Assembly: GCF_009914755.1 (NCBI RefSeq)
Contig: NC_060932.1
Reading direction: 5' to 3' (one strand)
Length of the DNA: 64,000 nucleotides
From: the human T2T-CHM13v2.0 reference genome, Homo sapiens
Under the pieces are notes generated by a model. The model worked only from the letters and a program-made list of their open reading frames with translations, was not told the origin of the DNA and did not search any database. A program made the position numbers and the translations under genes. Of the stretch, positions 53,384 to 64,000 are shown piece by piece (positions within the stretch are counted from its first letter, which is position 1; the number at the start of each line of letters is the position of its first letter).

Positions 53384-55084
53384 GTGAGATGAGCAGAGCT
53401 GACAGGGGCTGTTGACCAGCAGAGCTGTGCTAGTTTTTAAATATTTGTGTGTTTGATGCTGGTTGGTAAATATTTGCTGTCTCAAACTCTGCATCCACTC
53501 GGGCCCTCCACTGTAGGTTCCTGGCCCAGCACTTAGAGGCTTACTGCTGGGCTCAGCAAGGGTCTGGGGGGACGCTGGTCAGCAGCTGTGGCCTGGACTC
53601 AGGCCCTTCTGGTCCTTAAATATTTTGGACAGCACCCCTGCCCCTGAGTGTAGCTGTGAGAAAGGGGAGGAACTTGCATTCTTCGTGGGAGTCAGTCACA
53701 CAGTTTTTACTTTCACAGAGACAGAGTGTGGGTTTGTATGGTCAGTATGTGTATGTAGCTACCTGAGACTGAGATGAAAATGACAGATTTTCAGTAACTA
53801 ATTAAATCTGAATATAATGCATTTCTTAAAAATCTGATACTCAGTAGCAGAAGGGAAAAAGTCAGTGGTTTTCATTGGATTGTCTTAGGGTAAAAGGAAG
53901 AGAAAACTTGAGGAACCAGAGTGACAGCACCAAGTTTGCAGGCCTTTAGCAGCAGGGGCTGATACTTTGGGATGATGGGAGTTGTTTCCCACATGGGCAG
54001 CGAGGTGCAAATCATGGACACCAGGATGGATAGGCAGACATATGTGTAATCCACGGATCTGGGGAGATCCCTGATACAGGTAGGCAGATAGAGCAAGAGA
54101 GAGCATTGTCAGATTAAAGACAAACAACACAGAAATGCTTAGTGACTGGCCAGGTTTAAAAAGAGATGAAAAGGGATACCTGCGAGCTGTTCATAATTGA
54201 CCAGGCTGAAATAGGAAGCTTACATTTCAGTGGAATTGAACAGCGATGACTGAAGTATTAGTTTTGTCAGCAGCATCACACGAGTGACGGGATGGAGTGT
54301 CAACAGAGCTTGGAGACAGTTGTTGAGGAGCTGTCACTCATGGGTGTGCATGCTCTGTGCAGGCCCCGTGCCCGGTCCCTGGTGTGTTTCACTGCATTTC
54401 ATCCTTGCAAATCCCGTTGCCATCCTTGTGTACTCTGTAAGGAAGCCTGGACTCGGAGGAGGCTGATCATCAGAACTGCATCCTCCAGCTATGCGAGGAA
54501 GGGGTCGTGTCTGATCTCAGTCTCTCCCATCGCAGCCTGCTCCTAACCTGTCTGTGCTCACTGGGGCCATGTGATCTGGGCTGCCACACGTCCAGGGGGG
54601 TGGTTGACAGCCTTTACCAGGAACAGAGGATCTAGCGCTTTCTCCTGTGCATGCTGTCCAGCTCACCCACCTCACTTCATGCTCAGGAGTTACAAAAGGG
54701 GTTCATGGCTGAACACCTTCTTGCCAGTCCTATGAGGCGCTCAATAGGATGACACGCTGGCCAGTCCTCTACTATCTGGGGCCCTCACTGCATGTGGGGT
54801 ACCTATTCTGGTGAGGACACACCATGTGAGAGGAACTTGGATCCTGCACTCTGAGAACTTACTGTAGCGATGAAGCCGAAAACCAAAAATAGCAAAAGAA
54901 GGGAAAAGCACAGGGGAAATGCTTCCTAGCAGATGAGGGACTAAACAGGAATCATAACAGGAGTGTGAGTGACTCAGGACCAGAAGAGTCAGGAGACCTT
55001 GAGGACACATGGCCCAAGCCAAGACAGCGGCCTGAGCTGAAGACCAGTGGGCAGGATGCGGGGGTGAGTGTGAAAGAGGCGATG

Positions 55085-56770
55085 CCAGACCCTGAGTGGG
55101 GTGTGAGGGGTCTGTGAGGAGATACTGAGTGGGGTGTGAGGGGTCTGTGAGGAGACACTGAGTGGGGTGTGAGGGGTCTGTGAGGAGACCCTGAGTGGTG
55201 TGAGGGATACGTGAGGAAACACTGAGTTGGGTGAGGAGTCTGTGAGGAGACTGAGTGAGGTGAGGGGTCTGTGAGAAGTCCCTGAGCAGGTGAGGGTTGT
55301 GAGGAGACACTGAGTGCAATGTGAGGGGTCTGTGAGGAGACAGTGAGTGGGATGAGGGTTTGTGAAAAGACGCTAGATGGGATGAGGGTTTGTGAGGAGA
55401 CACGGAGTGGGGTGAGGGTTTGTGAGGAGACAGTGAGTGGAGTAAGGGTTGTGGGGAGATGCTGAGGAGAGGTGAAAGTTCTGAGGAGACACTGAGTGGG
55501 ATGTGAGGGGTCTGTGGGGAGTCACCAAGTGCCGTGAGAGTTGCAAGGAAACACGGAGTGGGGTGCGGGTCATCAGGAGACAGTGATTGGGGTGAGGGGT
55601 CTGTGATGAGACACTGTGAGTGGGGTGAGAGTTGTGAAGAGACAGTGAGTGGGGTGAGCTTTGTTAGGAGGCACTGAGTAGGGTGAGGGTTTGTGAGGAG
55701 ACACTGAATAGGGTGAGGTTTGTGAGGAGACACTGAGTGGGGTGAGTATTGTGAGGAGACACTGAGTGGGGTGAGTATTGTGAGGAGACACTGAGTGGGG
55801 TGAGTATTGTGAGGAGACACTGAGTGGGGTGAGAGTTATGAGGAGATACTGAGTTGGGTGAGGGTTGTGAGGAGACAGTGGGGTGAGAGTTATGAGGAGA
55901 CACTGAGTTGGGTGAGGGTTTGTGAGGAGACACTGAATGGGGTGAAGGGTCTGTGCGGAGACACTGAGTGGGGGAGGGGTATGTGAGGAGACACTGAGTG
56001 ATGTGAGCAATCTGTGAGGAGACACTGAGTGCGGTGAGGGGTATTGAGACACTGAGTGGGGTAAGGAGTCTGTGCGGAGACACCGAGTGTGGTGTGAGGG
56101 GTCTGTGAGGAGTCACCGAGTGCCGTGTGAGTTGTGAGAAAACGGAGTGGGGTGAGGGTTTGTGAGGAGACACTGAGTGGGGTGAGGGTTTGTGAGGAGA
56201 CACTGAGGGTTGTGGATTGTGAGGAGACATTGAGTGGGGTGAGGGTTCTGAGGAGACACTGATGGGGTGAGGGTTGTGAGCAGATACTGAGTGGGGTGAG
56301 AGTTGTGAGGATACACTGAGTTGGGTGAGGAGTCTGTGAGGAGACACTGAATTGGGTGAGGGTTGTGAGGAGACACTGAATGGGTTGAGGTTGTGAGGAG
56401 ACAGTGAGTGGGGTGAGTGTTGTGAGGAGACACTGAGTGGGGTGAGGGTTGTGAGGAGATTCTGAGTGGGGCGAGACGGGTCTCTGAGGAGACACTGAGT
56501 GGGGTGAGAGTTTTGAGGAGTCACTGAGTGTGTAAGGGTCTGTGAGGAGACACTGAGTTTGGCGAAGGTTATGAAGAGACACTGAGTGCAGTGAGGGTTG
56601 TGAGGAGACACTAAGTGGGGTGTGAGGGGTCTGTGAGGAGACAGTGGGGTGAGAGTTGTGAGTAGACAGTGAGTGGGGTGAGGGTCTGAGGGGACACTGA
56701 GTCAGGTGAGGGTAGTGAGGAGACTCTGAACTGGGTGTGAGGGGTCTGTGAGGAGACACTGAGTGGGTCA
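55085..56770 (+). repeat. Degenerate 26-33-bp minisatellite (GAGGAGACACTGAGTGGGGTGAGGGTTGT), ~55 units
   Basis: Direct reading; strongly G-skewed. Confidence 0.95.
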
Positions 56771-58004
56771 CGGGGTCCGTGGGGTGTCACTGGGTAAGAG
56801 TCGAGGTTCTGTGAAGAGAGAGTGAGTAGTGATTGGTAGGGGTGTGTGCACATATCAGAGGAAAGAGGTTTGACCTTTTTGTTGTATGGCACTTTTCCAA
56901 GGGCCTGTCTGTTGGGTACTGATTTTGGTGGATTTGCTCAGCGAATTGGCAGTGACTGTTCATTGTTTTATGGTTTCTGTAAAGGGTTTAAGCTTCCCAA
57001 ATTAGTCTCACAGACCTGGATGAAATTCTGTTTTTTGCTCTGATTATCTCAGTTACTTTTGTCTAGTAGTTAATTTCTGAAGTTCAGTTTTCCTTTTCTT
57101 TGAAGGGTGGATTTTAATGTCTATTTCCATCTTGCTTATCCCACCGTAATGGTTCAGTGAAGTCCTGTATAGCAAGGTCTCTGTGTTGTGTTAGCACAGT
57201 GCCGTCACTTTCAATGAGATGATAGCTGGGATTAGGATTAGAAACTTAGCAGTATTTAGGATTTCTGCATTCTTTCATGCAGCTTTCTTTATTGTAGTCA
57301 TGATTCACATCGATTTTGTTTTCCTCCTGCCAAATGTGTTGTCCATGAGAGTTTTCTCTTGAGTGGTTAAATGGGGGGTATTGATGCTCTTTAATTCTTG
57401 TTCTCCTCTAGAATTGAATTAAGGGAAACATAACTCTAAAATGCTGTATATTAAACATTCGTTGCATGCCTAATTTGGGGGTGGAAAAAGGCAAATGTTC
57501 TTTTTGAAATAAAGAAGGGTCGTTCTTTACTTGGAAAGTACCCTTGATGCTGGAGGACAGAGGATCCTGTCCCGTCCCCATTCCCGGTGAGGACATGAGG
57601 AAGGTCAGGCTGGGCCAGGCCCAGGCACCATCCGCAGCTCTCCCAGCTCAGGCCTAGGAGCCTCTCTGATTGTCCTCCAGCCCTGGCTTTGTCCAGTTGC
57701 CCCATGACCTTCATGCCAGGGACCCTCCCTGTGGGGGCTGCATTCAGGATGGATTTCTCCTCTATGACTTTAGGTCAGGCTTCTCAGGAAGAGAGTGACA
57801 CTCTTCCTGAGCACTGGAGGCTCCCTGTCCCACCCCTTAGTGGGCATATAATTTGACGTGTCAGATTGAGCTGCCAAAAAGACTGACATCACGTGCAGTA
57901 GCCATGAAACCCAGAATATTGGTTTTGTTTTTGTATTTTAATATTATACCTATTCCAGATCTTTTGACCTGATACTATATTAGTATCATCTCAGGACTTT
58001 AAAA

Positions 58005-58130
58005 AATATACATACATAATATATATACACATATAAATAATACATATACATAATATAGGTACACATATCAATAATATATATAGTATAATATATAACATAT
58101 TATATATATTACATGTATATATACACAAAT
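58005..58130. repeat. AT-rich degenerate (TA/CA)n tract
   Basis: Direct reading. Confidence 0.85.
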
Positions 58131-58344
58131 ACATTTTTATGTTTGACCCCCACAACTGTGACTCAGGAGCCTTGGGAGAGTGTTTGGGAATCTGAATTTC
58201 AGAAGAAAGACTGGCCTGGGTTTGATGATGGGAGGGGTTGCTTGGCCTTTGGGTTCTAAGCTCTCGTTTGAAAGGGAAGCCTCTGTGCTCTGACGTTTCC
58301 TGTGAATCAGTCAGTAGCAGCAGCTGCAGCTTCCCAGCTTCTGG

Positions 58345-58347
<3 letters not shown>

Positions 58348-58400
<53 letters not shown>
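58348..58400 (+). repeat. (TG)~26 microsatellite
   Basis: Perfect dinucleotide run. Confidence 0.97.
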
Positions 58401-58402
<2 letters not shown>

Positions 58403-58621
58403 CATCCCAGCGATACCTGTATTTTTTAAATACATTAGTATTTTTTTAATACATCAGTTTCTTCTTTGGGTATTTTAGAAGGGTTGATTTTTGTCTTTTG
58501 CGAATAGAATAATCCTTTCTCTAAAAGGAGTAATCTCTCCATTGTTAATCAGGTTTTGTAAATCTTGGTTGCCCTGCAATCTTTTTAACCAGAGAAATTT
58601 CCTTTGTGAAAAATGCTCTTT

Positions 58622-58640
58622 GCCCGCTAGGTGGCAACGC
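58622..58640 (+). promoter_or_regulatory. Candidate CTCF motif (gcCCGCTAGGTGGCAacgc)
   Basis: Close match to the CTCF core CC[AG][CG][CT]AG[AG][GT]GGC[AG]; motif only, no occupancy data. Confidence 0.45.
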
Positions 58641-59642
58641 AGTCCCTTCAAATAGCATAATCCAGGGCTGCAGGTAGCCTGATGCTACACTGGAGTACCC
58701 GTGTGTGTGCATGTGTGTGTGTGGTGTGCTTCCGTGCGCGCACGTGTGTGTTATCTTGCACGTATATGGGGTGGTGTGTACAGGAGTGTGTGTGGTGTGG
58801 TGTGCCCGGGCGTGTGTTCATATGCGGGAGTGCGCATGCTGGTTTAGGAGAAACTCCATTGCCCTGTTTTGCTCTGTTTTCCATGAATTGGCAAATTGGA
58901 AGTACAATGATCACTAGCTGGACTGTGTTTAGAATGAGGGAAATGCCGGGCGTCCTCATAGGCCTTTCACGGGATCTTACAGCCACAAGTCTATTGTATG
59001 TGCTTCAGTGATGAAAAGCAAGATGGAAAATAACGTCAGGTTTTGATTGCAAACATGTCAGATTGTAGAGATTTTTTTTTTGCACCTCTAAGTGACATGA
59101 ATAATTTACTGTCCACAGTCTTGGCCTCATAGGTAGATCTTTGGATGGTTGAAAGATCTTTGCAAAAAAAAAAAAAAAAAAAAAAAGATTCCTCCACATT
59201 CCACAAACTTTGTTTTCTTAGAACTTTGGAATAAATATTTTAGATAAGTGTTGCTAATAACATTCATTGATCAAGACTGGAACTATTTTTTATCCTGAAT
59301 TCATAGGAAGTATCATCTACCTGAATGTTGGATACATAAAATACAATCTGTTAATTCAGTATATTATCGTTGCATAAATGAAGGAATTTCTTTTCAGTGC
59401 TGTAATTTTTTTTGTCCCAGCTGTAGTTATAGTTCATAGTTTGAGGTTTAAGACATTATATAATTGTATTAATGGGGCGAAGTATGTTTTGTACCTGTAA
59501 TGTTATTTAATTAGGCTACCCTTGTGCACTGTTTTCTAAAAATAGAAAAGTTACTTATCAGCAAGCCTCAGCATAGAAGTAAAATGTATCTGTGTGTATT
59601 ATAAAGCAGTTTTCTATCATTGTACTTCCAAATTTCCAACAG

Positions 59643-59720
59643 GTTGTAAGAAGATATATACTGGGTTCAGTTGTCGACAGTGAAAAGAACTACGTAGATG
59701 CTCTTAAGAGGATTTTGGAG
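59643..59720 (+). CDS. ARHGEF10: ARHGEF10 exon 12 (78 nt), VVRRYILGSVVDSEKNYVDALKRILE (first helix of DH domain)
   Basis: Acceptor tttccaacag|; donor GAG|gtactt; matches the DH CR1 pattern R..i...l..[ST]E..YV..L; phase 0-0. Confidence 0.96.
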
Positions 59721-59955
59721 GTACTTAAGTGTCGTGTTACATAATACATACATTTCTATTATTCTTTTTTACCTATATACATTTTGATCCATAAATGCAA
59801 AGCATATATGTTTATGAAACATAACATGCAAATTTGCAAAATTCTCAAAAGGATCTAAGTATTATGTCTGTATATTGACATCAAAAGTCATGATTTATGT
59901 TGAAATAAATATAATTTATGTAAGTGAATATTTACATTCATTTATCTAAGCTTTA

Positions 59956-60266
<311 letters not shown>

Positions 60267-60274
60267 TGTCTGAA

Positions 60275-60436
60275 GCAGCCATGCCCCCATGGAACATGCC
60301 TATAATCCCAGTTACTTGGGAGGCTGAGGTGGGAGGATGGCTTGAGCCCAGGAGTTTGAGGCTGCAGTGAGCCATGATCGCACCACTGCGCTGCACCCTG
60401 GACAACAAAACAAGACCCAGGCTCTGAAAAAGAAAA
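60275..60436 (+). mobile_element. Alu right-arm monomer (FRAM/AluJ-like)
   Basis: catgcctataatcccagttacttgggaggctgaggtgggaggatggcttgagcccaggag...; its tail ends ~30 nt before the exon 13 acceptor. Confidence 0.85.
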
Positions 60437-60467
60437 GTCTGAACTGTCTTTGCTCATTTTGTCTTAG

Positions 60468-60647
60468 CAATATGAGAAGCCGCTGTCTGAGATGGAGCCA
60501 AAGGTTCTGAGTGAGAGGAAGCTGAAGACGGTGTTCTACCGAGTCAAAGAGATCCTGCAGTGCCACTCGCTATTTCAGATCGCGCTGGCCAGCCGCGTTT
60601 CCGAGTGGGACTCCGTGGAAATGATAGGCGATGTCTTCGTGGCTTCG
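60468..60647 (+). CDS. ARHGEF10: ARHGEF10 exon 13 (180 nt), [60 protein letters not shown] (DH domain)
   Basis: Acceptor ctcattttgtcttag|; donor TCG|gtaatt; DH motifs F..i.EI...H..F and IGDVF. Confidence 0.97.
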
Positions 60648-62404
60648 GTAATTAAGCTGGGACACCTGGATGTCCATGGGGCTCTCCATGCACCTGTCCT
60701 CTCTTCCCTTCTTAGGCTGATGTTTTGCCCCTGATCTCCTGCAAGCTGACAAGTGTGCAGTTCTCTCTAAAGGCCAGGCTGAAGTTGCAATGCCCTGGCC
60801 AAGCGTGTGCGCTAGGGAAATGATAAATGGATCTTTACCAGGGAGGCCAAGGCGTTAGAAAGGCAGACACTGGACAAAAGCTGTATCTGAGGACATTTAA
60901 AAATATGCACTTTATCGAGTCTTGGATGCCCCATTAGACGATTTGCTGAAGCTTTTTGTTGTTGAACAAGGATGCCGTGTGTTTGGCAATGTTGTAAAAT
61001 TGCCGTTTTTAAGCCCTCACACAGGTTCTCTTCCTGATCTAGGTGTCACTTTCTGGGTGCAGAATTATCTGTGCCTGGGAAAAATAGAAAACACGTGATG
61101 GGAAAATTCCTAGATGTTTTCTCAAACTTTTGCCCTTGGCTGTAGCTTCTGTTGTGTAGATACAGGCTTTCGGCCCTATGCTGTGACACAGGAATATGAT
61201 GTTGCAACAGCTTGCCTGAACACTTCCTGGCAGGAGAAAGGGTTAGCTGCCTGGAAACCACTGGTGGTTTCTGCATTGGCAGTTTCGAGTCATTTTATCC
61301 TCACTCCGTGTATGAATCATACTTATTGTATATTGGTTGGATTCTACCTAGATGTAGAGGATTATGAGTGAAACAGATTGGTTTCTGTAATTATTTGAGA
61401 CTATGATGCTATCAAAGGGATATAAGCTTGCAAGTTTTGAAAAAAGTGTTCCTCTTCTTAAATGAATGTTATAATAATAATACGTGAAATGTTTTCCTAT
61501 ATAGTTTGTATATGTACTTGATGAGGTCTATAAATGCTTTGAATAAATATGGAAACAAAATTCTTTCAAAGATATTTGCATAATACCGTTTATGGATCCT
61601 TAAAAAAAGAGAAATATTGGATATTTATTTTGTTATTGGATTTTTTTTCTGGCTGTTTTATATATTAGGTTCAACCTTATCACTGTTCTTTAAATACCTA
61701 CCTTCCCAACATTTTTAAAAATGCAAACAGATTTTTTAAAGAAATAGAATTTTGATGAAAACATTCCTGCTATCAATGCCAGTCACACCAGAGCTCTGCC
61801 ATCCATCCTAAAGGACTTACGGTTTCTTAGAATAACATGGAGTGATTTTTCTCTCTTTGAATATTGATAGCAAGGGCAAATGTTTCTGCCTCTTAACAGA
61901 AACCTTTGTGCTTTTAGGAAAACGAACACGTGTAGGGCATTGTATGTTACGCCAGAGAAGCAGGATCAGCCCCCGCCCCCAGCCCCCATTTCTAGGGTGT
62001 GGTTGAGGCCTGTTTCTCAGGATATTGGGCCCACCATGGAATGAGTTGCATGACTTTCTTGCCTGGAGGTTGAACCCACCAAGTGAGACTTGGCAGGAAC
62101 TTAAAATCACCATCCTTATTTGTCTGTAGTCATGAACATTCTTAACTGAAACCCAAATTACCATGGTTTTGAACAAGGATGTCAGAAAGTGCTCTGGAGT
62201 CAAAAAATAAGGTCAAACCAGCAACTTAACTCCTAACACGCTTGCTTAAAGAAAAAAAATCACACAGTCATAATAAAGTTTATCTTATGAAAACATCACA
62301 GTGACCGAAAGAGTATTTTGAGGGCGAGTTTCAAATCTGTTTTATGTTGGAAAAGGGATATCTGGACTCTGTGATTTCTCTCTGAATTTCCTCCTGTGTT
62401 TCAG

Positions 62405-62521
62405 TTTTCTAAGTCCATGGTGCTGGATGCATACAGTGAATATGTGAACAATTTCAGCACAGCCGTGGCAGTCCTCAAGAAAACATGTGCCACAAAGCCC
62501 GCTTTTCTTGAATTTTTAAAG
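62405..62521 (+). CDS. ARHGEF10: ARHGEF10 exon 14 (117 nt), [39 protein letters not shown] (DH domain)
   Basis: Acceptor cctgtgtttcag|; donor AAG|gtaagc; DH motif Y..Y..N...A; phase 0-0. Confidence 0.97.
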
Positions 62522-63396
62522 GTAAGCGCTTTTTTTTTTCATTTGGGTTTTAACACCATCTGATAACAAGTTACATGTCAAAGCTTGACTCTGAATGCAG
62601 TTATTCGTTATTAAGATTTCAGTATCAATAGTGCCCTAGATATTGGATTAATGCTAGAAATGAAGATGAATTTTAGGTCCTAATGTAGCTTTTTGAAAAC
62701 AATTTTATTTGCACCTTCTTAAAAGTGTATCAGCAGACAGACAGAAAGAAAGTTAAAATCAGATCCCCAAAAAAGAAGTCAAGATCAGATCCCAAAGTTA
62801 CCTTTCCCTCACTGTCCTTCGGTATGGTATTAGGAATCAAATAAACTAAACATCTCAATTCCAGGCCTCTTTGGGATCGGGGAGAGGCACCGGCCTGGAG
62901 AGTCAGAGCCTGGAGCGGGCCCTACCCGAGGGGGACGCAGGCTGTGTTCCTCCCAATGCTGAGGACAGCACTGATGGCCTTCCTCAGGGGTCTCTGACCT
63001 GGCAGTGATGGGGAGCACGTCCCCTGATGGGTGTGGGTTAGCGTTATTTAATCAGCAGGCAGGCAGGGCTTCCCCAGTCGTGGGATGCGTGTCCGAGGCT
63101 GTGTTCTGACAGTTTGCTGCACAATGAACCAAGCTGAAACCCCCTTCAAAGACGTCGGCGGAACTGAGTCTCCTTTGTGGAGCCCCTCATTTGCATGATA
63201 AACCCCGGGGACAAAGTGTGTTCTTGTTACTTGGACTGTTTCTTGGAAACTGCTGCTACCTGGAGCGAGTGAACACAGGGCAAGTATTCTCGCCCACAGC
63301 AACGTGTCATTGAAGCTGGAATTTTTTCCCTCTGCCTTATCCAGCACGGCGGCTCCTGCTCCTCCTGGAGCACAGTCTGTGGCCCATGGAGGTTTG

Positions 63397-63740
63397 CTAA
63401 GGGATCGGATCGCAGTTCCCACTCTGGACAGCTGTGAGCTCTGTCCTAAGGGATCGGATCGCAGTTCCCCCTCTGGACAGCTGTGGGCTCTGTCCTAAGG
63501 GATCGGATCGCAGTTCCCACTCTCGACAGTTGTGGGCTCTGTCCTAAGGGATCGGATCGCAGTTCCCCCTCTGGACAGCTGTGGGCTCTGTCCTAAGGCA
63601 TCGGATCGCAGTTCCCCCTCTGGACAGCTGTGGGCTCTGTCCTAAGGCATCGGATCGCAGTTCCCACTCTCGACAGTTGTGGGCTCTGTCCTAAGGCATC
63701 GGATTGCAGTTCCCACTGTGGACAGTTGTGGCCTCTGTCC
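63397..63740 (+). repeat. 49-bp minisatellite (ctaagggatcggatcgcagttcccactctggacagctgtgggctctgtc), ~7 units
   Basis: Direct reading. Confidence 0.95.
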
Positions 63741-64000
63741 TTTGGCTAGGGAACCATCTCTTTCTTTTGGGGAAAGAAAACATGGACTCACTTAAGAGCT
63801 CACTCCCTCTGGGGATTTTGCTGTACTCCCATTAAGGATGCCAGCCGTGGCCGTGACCGCAGTGCCCACTCCTCAGCTCGGTGGCTGCCACGTGGCCTTG
63901 GGAGATAGACTCTCTCATCCCATTTCATTGCTCCAGGACCTGAGCCCCAAAGAGTCGGGTGCCCTGTGAGCTGAGAGGCCGAGGCACAGCCAGGTCTGTG

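Noticed and set aside
54741-56892. Ser/Pro/His/Thr-rich minus-strand ORFs
   Set aside because: Translations of the ~30-bp degenerate repeat.

Overview
Human (primate) genomic DNA, not microbial. The window holds the 5' half of ARHGEF10 (Rho guanine nucleotide exchange factor 10, distal 8p23.3) on the + strand. It contains 13 coding exons (exons 2-14 by my recalled numbering; the non-coding first exon is upstream of the window). All have GT-AG junctions with consistent phases and splice into one ORF of 519-520 codons, from MDQREPLPPAPA to the N-terminal part of the Dbl-homology (DH) domain; the gene continues beyond the window. The introns contain about 16 Alu elements, a THE1A solo LTR, old L1/MER/MIR remnants, and roughly 11 kb (hand estimate, about 17%) of GC-rich minisatellites, which is typical of a subtelomeric region. 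The long ORFs in the supplied track are repeat artefacts. The most notable observation is that the exon 3 splice donor is the first unit of a 12-bp tandem array containing 8 exact CAG|GTGAGT donors, all in frame and stop-free. Other observations are a NAGNAG acceptor, an in-frame intronic ATG before exon 8, minisatellites that appear to derive from old transposons, and inverted Alu pairs. Repeat family and isoform assignments are from memory, not from searches.
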